A stretch of DNA of 64,000 nucleotides from the human T2T-CHM13v2.0 reference genome, Homo sapiens. The position numbers were made by a program, and so were the translations under genes. The stretch lies in NCBI RefSeq assembly GCF_009914755.1, contig NC_060930.1. One strand, written 5' to 3'. Below the pieces are notes generated by a model. That model was not told where the DNA came from, did not search any database, and worked only from the letters and a program-made list of their open reading frames with translations. Positions 37,670 through 62,679 of this stretch are shown here, piece after piece (position 1 is the stretch's first letter; every line of letters starts with the position of its first letter).

Positions 37670-38079
37670 GTAATTTTATATTTTATTATTAATCAGGTTA
37701 TTTGATTTTTAAAATCTTAAAGGAAATGAGACAGTGAGGCCTAAGATGTATTCTGAGATAGCACATATACCAGCCACTCAGATATCCAGAAGTAATATTG
37801 TTTGAGGTTACTGGTAGCTGAGAAGCTTTGTTTCATTAGACCTGTGTCAGTCCTTGTTTTCTGTCTAGCCAAACTGATGGGTTCCTCCTGTCTTGCTATT
37901 GACAGGCCTCTGGTGGGAGGAACCATAAGATGCCCTGGCCCCTCCAGCACATAAGAAGGCAGCTAAAATAACTCAGATGTCTTAGTTTCATTAAGATAAA
38001 AGTCTGTCACTTAACTGTTTTGGTTGAAAATACTTCTCTGGATTGCAAACACTAACGGTTATTTAATTTTTTCCCCCAG

Positions 38080-38220
38080 AGTTCTAAATGTCGCACAGTG
38101 CTTGCTTCGCCCCAGAAGATTGAAGGTTTTAAGCGTCTTGATTGCCAGAGTGCTATGTTCAATGATTACAATTTTGTTTTTACCAGTTTTGCTAAGAAGC
38201 AGCAACAACAGCAGAGTTGA
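38080..38220 (+). CDS. AMD1: AMD1 exon 9 coding part ([13 protein letters not shown]...[10 protein letters not shown])
   Basis: Branch-point-like CTAAC, CAG| acceptor, stop TGA 38218-38220. Confidence 0.97.
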   Translation, partial: SSKCRTVLASPQKIEGFKRLDCQSAMFNDYNFVFTSFAKKQQQQQS

Positions 38221-38604
38221 TTAAGAAAAATGAAGAAAAAACGCAAAAAGAGAACACATGTAGAAGGTGGTGGATGCTTTCTAGATGTCGATGCTGGGGG
38301 CAGTGCTTTCCATAACCACCACTGTGTAGTTGCAGAAAGCCCTAGATGTAATGATAGTGTAATCATTTTGAATTGTATGCATTATTATATCAAGGAGTTA
38401 GATATCTTGCATGAATGCTCTCTTCTGTGTTTAGGTATTCTCTGCCACTCTTGCTGTGAAATTGAAGTGCATGTAGAAAAAACCTTTTACTATATGAAAC
38501 TTTACAACACTTGTGAAAGCAACTCAATTTGGTTTATGCACAGTGTAATATTTCTCCAAGTATCATCCAAAATTCCCCACAGACAAGGCTTTCGTCCTCA
38601 TTAG
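38221..38604 (+). other. AMD1: AMD1 in-frame stop-codon readthrough tail (127 codons + TAG)
   Basis: No in-frame stop for 381 nt after TGA in AT-rich 3'UTR; matches the published AMD1 tail. Confidence 0.85.
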
Positions 38605-38898
38605 GTGTTGGCCTCAGCCTAACCCTCTAGGACTGTTCTATTAAATTGCTGCCAGAATTTTACATCCAGTTACCTCCACTTTCTAGAACATATTCTTTAC
38701 TAATGTTATTGAAACCAATTTCTACTTCATACTGATGTTTTTGGAAACAGCAATTAAAGTTTTTCTTCCATGAGTTGAGTCCTTAAGAAAATGATTCCAG
38801 TTACTCATTTTGCATATTTGCTATTTTAACATTATTGGACCCTGCATTTATAGTCCTTTGATTTCTTCCCTCTCCCTGGTGTCTCCCCCAAGACCCCA

Positions 38899-38904
38899 AA
38901 TAAA
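38899..38904 (+). terminator. AMD1: Proximal poly(A) signal AATAAA (gives ~2.0 kb mRNA)
   Basis: AATAAA with downstream GT-rich element; fits the known short AMD1 mRNA. Confidence 0.7.
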
Positions 38905-40040
38905 GCAATACACTGTTAACACTGTGGGTTTATATACTAATTCTATACCCCAGATGGGGAATGGGGGAGATGGTCCCTGGGCTTAATATTCTTTAAAGGG
39001 CATGGGAATTTAGCCTCTCTTTTATTGTAATGTGCTCTTTTGGAAAATAGTTGGTTAGCAGGGAAGACCCAGAGTTGTAGATTGAGATTAGGGTGTACTG
39101 GCTGAACTGTGGAAAACATACAATTCTGTGTTCCTCAGTAAATGAGATTAGCGTCTAATGAGTAGCACCCCTTTACTAACTTAGTAGTAGTATAAAATCA
39201 TTTTTATTTAGTTAATTACCAGAGAGATTTAGCATAATTTTGTTCTGGATTCAGTAAATCAAGTCAGCTTGGATCATTCACCTTAACTTTTCCTTTAGCA
39301 GCCATTTCCACTAGTTTCCATTAAGTAGTGTTCTATAAACTTTGATCCAAAGCAGAATCAATGTCTTTTCCATCTCGTGACTTAAAGTTCTGTGACTGTG
39401 ATGCATGTGAGTGTTCCGACTTCATCTGTTCCTCTTAACTACGGTGTTTCCCTTACCATGGCATTCATAGGATGAAATGAATGACTGCCCAGAATGAGAA
39501 TTTGTCCAGATTATTCAGATAAACATCATAAAGCAGAATACATTATAAATAAGTAGAATATGAATAAATAGAATAATAAAATTCCAAAATACTCAATGGG
39601 AAATGACTAGTAATATAGGCTTTCAAGAGTTGGTACCTTTTAGCTATATTTGCAGATTCTCTGGGATTTTAAGGAACTGAGAAAACAGCAAAGTTGACTA
39701 AATTTTATATTTCTTGTCCTCTAAATATTTTGATAATTTCTGGATTGATGCAGTGATGTTTTTGTTCCTTCCGTATTTATAAATGAAACACCTTTTTTTA
39801 GTGTTTCTAAACCTAAAATCTACTTGGTTTGAAATCAAGTGGTTGGAACACTGTTTGACTTTTATTTGAAGCATGTTGTTGATTGAAAATTTCATTGAGG
39901 AAGTTTTCAATCAGTGTGATCAGTTTGATTCTGTAATGAGCACAGCACCTAATATTTTGAGGAGCTCTGTTTTGAGGACCAATGCTTAAGGTGGACTTTG
40001 TTCGTAAACAATATCCCAATAGATTTGTTGACTTGAGGTC

Positions 40041-40088
40041 TGGTTTGGTTTTGTTTTTGTTTTGTTTTGTTTTGTTTTGTTTTGTTTC
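40041..40088. repeat. (GTTTT)n microsatellite in AMD1 3'UTR
   Basis: Direct reading. Confidence 0.9.
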
Positions 40089-40288
40089 CAATAGAATTAA
40101 GAATTCTAATGTTGAAAAACTGCACAAATTTTTATGGGACAAAGCCTAGAAAAGAGAAATGTAGTTTGAATCATAATCTAAATCATCGTATGATAGAAGA
40201 GGGAAAGTTTTGGTGCCATAATTTCTCCTTTCACTGGTGTTGGACTTAAATCAGTTGAAATGTATTTCTGTACCACAATTTACGCTTC

Positions 40289-40294
40289 AATAAA
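40289..40294 (+). terminator. AMD1: Distal poly(A) signal AATAAA (gives ~3.4 kb mRNA)
   Basis: AATAAA with upstream TGTA motifs and downstream T/GT-rich tract; fits the known long mRNA. Confidence 0.8.
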
Positions 40295-40569
40295 AGTTTA
40301 ATTGTCTAGTGACATTCAGAAACTTTTCTGTTGCCCTGTTTTTTAAGTAGCCTACTTGACCAAATACTACATGTCTGAAGTTTAAAATCAATACAACAAT
40401 GTGTATTTATGAGTTTGGAGTTAGACAGAAGTTTAAAAGTGTTAGGTCCCAACCTTTATTATAGACTAGACTCTTAAAACATTGGTTGAGGATGATCAAA
40501 CTCAAATAAGTTTCCTTATTTCATTCATGGTTATTTCTATTAAGTAGAAAAAAATTTATAACCTTGATC

Positions 40570-40742
40570 ATTTTCTTTATTTTTTTTAATTTAGGATCTT
40601 GTTCTGTTGTCTAGGCTGGAGTGCCGTGGCTGTTAACAGGTGCGATCATAGCATACTGCTTCCTTGAACTCCTAGGCTCAAGCAGTCTTGCTGCAGCTTC
40701 CCAAGTAGCTGGGAATGCAGGGTTCTGCCATCACACTTGGCT
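40570..40742 (-). mobile_element. Alu monomer
   Basis: Reverse Alu right arm. Confidence 0.75.
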
Positions 40743-41294
40743 TTGTCATTTTCTTTATTTGGCAACATTTTAGTTCCACAGTCAAATATGTAATAAGCTG
40801 AAAAATCTTATGAAAATGTATATTCTGATCTTTCTCAGAATATGCTTCCGTTAGAAAATATTTCCTCAATTTTCATTAAAAACAGATGGTGTTCCTAGAA
40901 AAGCAAAATATTACATATCTGTGCAATATGTAATTCACAAGATTCATTTGCCAAAAACAGGTGAGTGAATTTGGGGGTTCATTAGTAAGCAGTCACCAAG
41001 TTTCTGTCACAGACACATAACTGGAAATGTGATTTTATTCTCCTGGATGGACAATTGTGATGGATTTTTTGGGTTCCGGGCTTCAGGCTTTGCAATCTCA
41101 TCTTCTTTGCCCTTCCTCTTGTCATAATGGAAGAGGTGCTGCTAATTTGGGTTCCATCCTTTCCTGCTTTCAGAGACTGTCCTGTGATTTCCTAAAACAT
41201 TTCCATTAGTTTGTTTGAATTTTCTGATTTTCTTCCCTTAGGGCCCTCCACAGGCCTCTGTGCTAGTGCCTTGAATGATGGCAAGTGTACAAAA

Positions 41295-42840
<1,546 letters not shown>

Positions 42841-42929
42841 AGTTATAATTTTGGTAAGTGGTTCTCCTTTGCCCACACCTTACCAGGACAAAAGGAGCTT
42901 ACTCTACCCAGGCAATTAAGCAATCTCCC

Positions 42930-44720
<1,791 letters not shown>

Positions 44721-44954
44721 CTGTGACTAAAGTGAGGTATGTAATAAAATGTAAGGAGGCACCGTCAGGGCAGTGGAAGCGTAGAGTGGGCATCTGAGTG
44801 GGAGTACATCCTTGTACTTGCTCCCTCCCTTGCACTTGTACCTTACTTGCTTGGTCTCATGTGCTGTTCCTGTATTAAGGGCTTACCTCCTTGCCCTGTT
44901 CCCAGTTTGAGGAAGAAAGCATTGAATATTCCATCAAGAGTGTTTGCTAGTAGG

Positions 44955-46815
<1,861 letters not shown>

Positions 46816-47544
46816 TCAACAGACCACAATTGGTGGTAGAGTGTAGAAGCCGGGACATGGGAGAAGGGGAGACATGACGATACGGGTCACACAATCAGCT
46901 GCAGGCCAAGTCACCCTGATGAAACAGGAATCCAAATGGCATCTGGGGCCAGAGGCTTCCCCCACGACACAGCTCACTTATTCAAAGTTGTTCAAAAGAA
47001 TTGACTGCCAGTACTGCCTCCTTAGGAGGTGAACTCTCTGCTAAGGCAGAATAATACTGTGTAATTTTTAGAAGTATGTATTAGACATAAAATATGTTAA
47101 AATGCATGTGAAATAAAGTACAATTCACAGCAGAACAAAGTTTTAGTTTCTTAGGGCTGAAATGTAGATCATCCTATTTGAAATCATTACTGTTAACTAT
47201 ATTAGGGCAAGACTCCTCAAGGACATAGAAACTAATTGAAGCAGTTGATTCACAATTTGACCTTTCTTGCAGTAGGCACTTAGGTTGATAAATCCCTAAT
47301 CTAATAACTAACTGTTCTATGCTCTGGAAAGAAATTTGGTAAATTCCCGCTTACCAAAATGCCCTATGTTAACATTGTGAATTCTTTCACAAATACTGTA
47401 TTGTGAAATGGGAGTACATATTTGTGATGTGCTGTTTATTATGTGGACATAATATAGGAAATTATCAAGAGTTGTCAGTAAACAAAAGGAAGCATCCTTT
47501 CCATTCAAAAGAGAGTAATTCAGTGGACTAGAGACTTTAAAATT

Positions 47545-47670
47545 TCTTTGTTTTTAGAGGTGGGGCCTCTGTGTTGCCTAGGCTGGTGTCCAACTCCTGG
47601 ACCCCAGCAATCCTCTTGCTTTGGCCTCCCAAAGCTCTGGGATTACAGGAGCTAGCTGCCACGCCTGGCC
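47545..47670 (-). mobile_element. Alu monomer (FLAM-like)
   Basis: Single reverse left arm. Confidence 0.75.
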
Positions 47671-47959
47671 TAGACTTCTGTTTTTACGTAGTAGAGGCAA
47701 TTTATGAAGATAAAGTCCCAGCTGTAAAAGTGTGGTGTTAAAATTAAATTACTTCACATTTTTTCTTTTTTAAAAATATTGGTGCACACTTCACCTGGAC
47801 TTCATTTTTTTTCAAAGTATACTTGTGAGTTATCTTAATGGTATTCCTTAGTTATTTGTAACTATGTAGTGTTGTCTGAAGGTTTCACTATGCTTTTCCT
47901 GCCTCAAAACATCCTCCCCACCTTCGGCTGCCTTGTCTCCTCGTGTCCCTGACCTGCTT

Positions 47960-48340
47960 CCTCCTTGCTCAGTCCTCTCCAGGAACTCTGGCTTCTTGCT
48001 CTTCCTAGAGCACACCACGCATGATTCTGTGTTAGGATTTCTGTGCTAGCTGTATTCTGGAATGTTCTTCCTTTAGACATCTACATAGCTCACTCCCTCA
48101 CCAGTCTGTCTTTGCTCAAAGTCTTACTGAGACATACCATACCCTGACCATCATATTTTATATTGCAAACTGACCCCCAAACAGTCCTAATCCCCCTCAT
48201 CTCTATTAGTGTGTTTTAGATACTAAGTATTCATCATGCTTACTTTTATTGTCCAGCTCCCTCTACTAGAATGTAAGCTTTCTGAGGACAGGGATTTATA
48301 TCTGTTTTGTTTCTATTTCCCAAGCATTGAGGTCCAAGAT
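47960..48340 (+). mobile_element. L2 3' end fragment
   Basis: CTAGAATGTAAGCTTTCTGAGGACAGGGA L2 3' motif. Confidence 0.65.
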
Positions 48341-48604
48341 AGCCCTAGTAATGACCACATACTGTGCTGTGTTCACAACCTTCTGTAGTCTCTTCCCACA
48401 CTGATAGGGCTGACTTATGTGGCCAGTAGGTTGTTGCAGAAATAAGAGAGTATGATTCCAAAGATAGGTCATAAAAGGCATCTAAGGAATAGGTCCTCTA
48501 GACCCAGTCAAGCTTTAAATTACTGTAGATCTCTCCAACATCTTTGTATTTTTCATGCAGTCTTTTTTCCCCATTATCTTTAATTTTTCTTTCCTGAGAG
48601 CCAT

Positions 48605-48910
48605 TATAGGTTTACAGCAAAACTGAGCAGAAGGTACAGAGATTTCCTATACATTGTCTTCCCCACACATGCATAACCTCCTTCATTATCAACATCCCCC
48701 ACCAGAGTGGCACGTTTGTTACAATTGATAAGCCCACATTCCATTACCAAGGGTCTGTAGTTGACATTAGAGTTCGCTCTTACTGTTGCACATTTGATGG
48801 GTTTAGACAAATGTATAATATCATGTATTCACCATTATATTATCATGCAGAGTATTTTTACTGCACAGAAAATCCACTGTGTTCCTTCTATTCATCCCTC
48901 CCTCCTCCTC
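48605..48910 (-). mobile_element. L1MC-type 3' end fragment
   Basis: AGGTTTACAGCAAAACTGAGCAGAAGGTACAGAGATTTCC..CATCCCCCACCAGAGTGG. Confidence 0.7.
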
Positions 48911-49189
48911 AGAATTATTTGTAAGACTCCAAAAACACAGAACAGAGGGGAGGTTCCAAGATGGCTGAATAGGAACAGCTCCAGTCTGCAGCTCCTAGTG
49001 TAAGCGACGCAGAAAACGGGTGATTTCTGGATTTCCAACTGAGGTACCAGGTTCATCTCACTGGAGCTTGTCAGACAGTGGGTGCAGCCCATGGAGCAGG
49101 GTGGGGCATCATCTCACCCGGAAAGCACAAGGAGTCAGGGAATTCCCTTTCCTAGCAAAAGGAAGCCATGACAGACAGTACCTGGAAAA

Positions 49190-49372
49190 TCAGGACACTC
49201 CCACCCTAATACTGCGCTTTTCCAACGGTCTTAGCAAACGGCACACCAGGAGATTATATCCCGCGCCTGCTTTGGAGGATCTCACTCCCTCGGAGCTGTG
49301 CTCACTGCTAGCACAGCAGTCTGAGATTGAACTGCAAGGCAACAGCGAGGCTGGGGGAGCAGCGTCTGCCAT
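49190..49372 (-). CDS. L1 ORF0 homolog (60 aa, truncated)
   Basis: MADAAPPASLLPCSSISDCCAS...EKRSIRVGVS aligns with primate L1 ORF0 MAGAPPPASLPPCSLISDCCAS... Confidence 0.6.
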   Translation of the reverse strand: MADAAPPASLLPCSSISDCCASSEHSSEGVRSSKAGAGYNLLVCRLLRPLEKRSIRVGVS

Positions 49373-49929
49373 TGCTGAGGCTTGAATAGGTAAACAAAGC
49401 AGACTGGGTGGAGCCCACTGCAGCTCAAGGAGGCCTGCCTGCCTCTGTAGACTCCACCTCTGGGGGCAGAGCATATCTGAACAAAAGGCAGCAGAAACTT
49501 CTGCAAACTTAAACATCCCTTTCTGACAGCTTTGAAGAGAGTAGTGGTTCTCCCAGCACGGAGTTTGAGATCTGAGAATGGACAGACTGCCTCCTCAAGT
49601 GGGTCCCTGACCCCGAGTAGCCTAACTGGGAGACATCTCACAGTAGGGGCCAACTGACACCTCATACAGCTGGGTGCCCCTCTGAGACAAAGCTTCCAGA
49701 GGAAGGATCAGGCAGCAACATCTGCTGTTCTGCAATATTTGCTGTTCTGCAGCCTCCGCTGGTGATACCCAGGCAAACAGGGTCTGGAGTGGACCTCCAG
49801 CAAACTCCAACAGACTTGCAGCTGAGGGTCCTGACTGTTAGAAGGAACACTAACAAACAGGACATCTACACCAAAACCCTATCTGCACGTCACCATCATC
49901 AAAGACCAAAGGTAGGTAAAACCCTAAAG

Positions 49930-50949
49930 ATGGGGAGAAACCAGAGCAGAAAAGCTGAAAATTCTAAAAATCAGAGCACCTCTTCTCCTCCAAAGGAACG
50001 CAACTCCTCACCAGCAATGGAACAAAGCTGGATGGAGAATGACTTTGATGAGCTGAGAGAAGAAGGCTTCAGACGATCGGTAATAACAACTTCTCCGAGC
50101 TAAAGGAGGATGTTCGAACACATCGCAAAGAAGATAAAAACCTTGAAAAAAGACGAATGGCTAACTAGAATAAACAGTGTCGAAAAGTCCTTAAATGACC
50201 TGATGGAGCTGAAAACCAAGGCACGAGAACTACGTGATGCATGCACAAGCTTCAGTAGCTGATTTGATCAAGTGGAAGAAAAGGTATCAGTGACTGAAGA
50301 TCAAATGAATGAAATGAAGCGAGAAGAGAAGTTAAGAGAAAAAAGAGTAAAAAGAAACGAACAAAGCCTCCAAGAAACATGGGAGTATGTGAAAAGACCA
50401 AATCTACATCTGATTGGTGTACCTGAAAGTGACGGGGAGAATGGAACCAAGTCGGAAAACACTCTTCAGGATATTATACAGGAGAACTTCCCCAACCTAG
50501 CGAGGCAGGCCAACATTCAAATTCAGGAAATACAGAGAATGCCACAAAGATACTCCTCAAGAAGAGCAACTCCAAGACACATAATTGTCAAATTCACCAA
50601 AGTTGAAATGATGGAAAAAATGTTAAGGGCAGCCAGAGAGACAGGTCGGGTTACCCACAAAGGGAAGCCCATCAGACTAACAGCGGATCTCTTGGCAGAA
50701 ACTCTACAAGCCAGAAGAGAGTGGGGGCCAATATTCAACATTCTTAAAGAAAAGAATTTTCAACCCAGAATTTCATATCCAGCAAAACTAAGCTTCATAA
50801 GTGAAGGAGAAATAAAATCCTTTACAGACAAACAAATGCTGAGAGATTTTGTCACCACCAGGCCTGCCCTACAAGAGCTCCTGAAGGAAGCACTAAACAT
50901 GGAAAGGAACAACCGGTACCAGCCACTGCAAAAACATGCCAAATTGTAA
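49930..50949 (+). pseudogene. L1 ORF1 (disrupted)
   Basis: MGRNQSRKAENSKNQ...YQPLQKHAKL; frameshift ~50088, in-frame TGA 50260. Confidence 0.92.
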
Positions 50950-51012
50950 AGACCGTTGATGCTAGGAAGAAACTGCATCAACTAATGAGCAAAATAACCA
51001 GCTAACATCATA

Positions 51013-55151
<4,139 letters not shown>

Positions 55152-55249
55152 ACAATGAGAACACTTGGACACAGGATGGGGAATATCACACACCGGGGCC
55201 TGTCCTGGGGTGAGATGGGGGGGAAGGCTAGCATTAGGAGATATACCTA

Positions 55250-57264
<2,015 letters not shown>

Positions 57265-57319
57265 ATCAACATAGAATTCTTTACCCAACAAAAATATCTT
57301 TCAAAAACCTAAGTAAGAT

Positions 57320-59170
<1,851 letters not shown>

Positions 59171-59224
59171 TTAAGATGACAAAGCCATTCTGTATCTTTC
59201 TTTTTTTTTTAGAGATGGGGTCTC

Positions 59225-61360
<2,136 letters not shown>

Positions 61361-61361
61361 A

Positions 61362-61859
61362 TGTTGGGAACAGGCCCCCAAATCTGGCCATAAACTGGTC
61401 CCAAAACTGGCCATAAACAAAATCTCTGCAGCACTGTGACATGTTCATGATGGCCATGATGCCCACACTGAGGGTTGTGGGTTTACCGGAATGCGGGCAA
61501 GGAACACCTGGCCTACACAGGGCAGAAAACCGCTTAAAGGCATTCTTAAACCACAAACAATAGCATAAGCAATCTGTGCCTTAAGGACATTCTCCTGCTG
61601 CAGATAACTAGCCAGAGCCCATCCCTTTGTTTCGGCCCATCCCTTTGTTTCCCCGTAAGGAATACTTTTAGTTAATCTATAGAAAGAATGCTTATCACTG
61701 GCTTGCCGTCAATAAATATGTGAGTCAAACTCTGTTTGGGGCTCTCAGCTCTGAAGGCTGTCAGCCCCCTGATCGCACTCCACACTCTATATTTCTGTGT
61801 GTGTGTCTTTAATTCCTCTAGCACCACAGGGTTAGGGTCTCCACAACCGAGTCTCAGCA
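61362..61859 (+). mobile_element. MER9 LTR (5' LTR of HERV-K HML-3/HERVK9)
   Basis: TGTTGGGAACAGGCCCCCAAATCTGGCCATAAAC...AATAAA...GGGTTAGGGTCTCC...CA, ~500 bp. Confidence 0.9.
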
Positions 61860-61861
61860 AA

Positions 61862-61887
61862 TGGTGCCCATACGTGGGGCTCGAACC
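61862..61887 (+). other. Primer binding site, tRNA-Lys(CUU)
   Basis: TGGTGCCCATACGTGGGGC vs canonical TGGCGCCCAACGTGGGGC, immediately after the LTR. Confidence 0.85.
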
Positions 61888-62009
61888 TGGGTCGAAGGGT
61901 TGCCAGAGCGACAGTTGGAGAACAAGGAACTAAGCTGGATGACACCTGAGTACTCCTAAGCAATCCCTCTGGTGAGTGAGAAAGGGAGCTCAGAAGCATC
62001 AGGGTAACA

Positions 62010-62678
62010 ATGGGACAAGTGTGGGCTCTGATTCATTCCACCTTGGAACCTTTTCACACTAATGATGAGGAGGAAGGAAAGTATAACGAAGTAGCAGAAG
62101 AGGTGACAGAGCAGGTTTGTTTGCCAGCTAAAGCTAAAGCAGCAAAAGAGGAAGAGGTTCATCCCTACCCTTCTGCATCCTCTCATTATTTTGAAGAAAA
62201 AGAGTGGCCTGACCCTCCAGATCTTTCTTTTCTGGAGGACACTGGGCAAAAAGTAGTTGCCCCAGTGACTGTTCGAGCAGCACCTCGAGTGACCGCTTTC
62301 AGTTCTACTCAGGCAGGAATCCAGTAAGCTAGAAGAGAGGGTGATTTAGAGGCTTGGCAGTTCCCTGTTAGAATACATCCCCCAGATCAACAGGGAAATA
62401 TTATAGCTACATTTGTGCCTTTTCCTTTTAAATTACTCAAAGAATTTAAACAAGCTATCAATCAGTATGAACCAGGTCTATGCCCGAAGTGTAAAAAAGG
62501 AAAACATTGGGCTAATCAGTGTCACTCTAAGTTTGATAAAGATGGGAACTCGATTTCAGGAAATGCCATGAGGGGCCTGTCCTGGGCCCCGTTCCAAACC
62601 GGGGCATTTCCAGCTCAGGCCATTCCCCCACCTGTGTACAATGCCTGTCCCCCACCACAGCCAGTAGTGCTGCAGTAG
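62010..62678 (+). pseudogene. gag: HERV-K(HML-3) gag remnant, internally deleted
   Basis: WALIHSTLEPFHT (end of MA), [14 protein letters not shown] (start of CA), [14 protein letters not shown] zinc knuckle; stop at 62325. Confidence 0.85.
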
Positions 62679-62679
62679 A

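Noticed and set aside
38218-38345. Selenocysteine recoding of the AMD1 UGA
   Set aside because: I could not identify a SECIS (AUGA/GA quartet with apical AA) and AMD1 is not a known selenoprotein; SECISearch would settle it.
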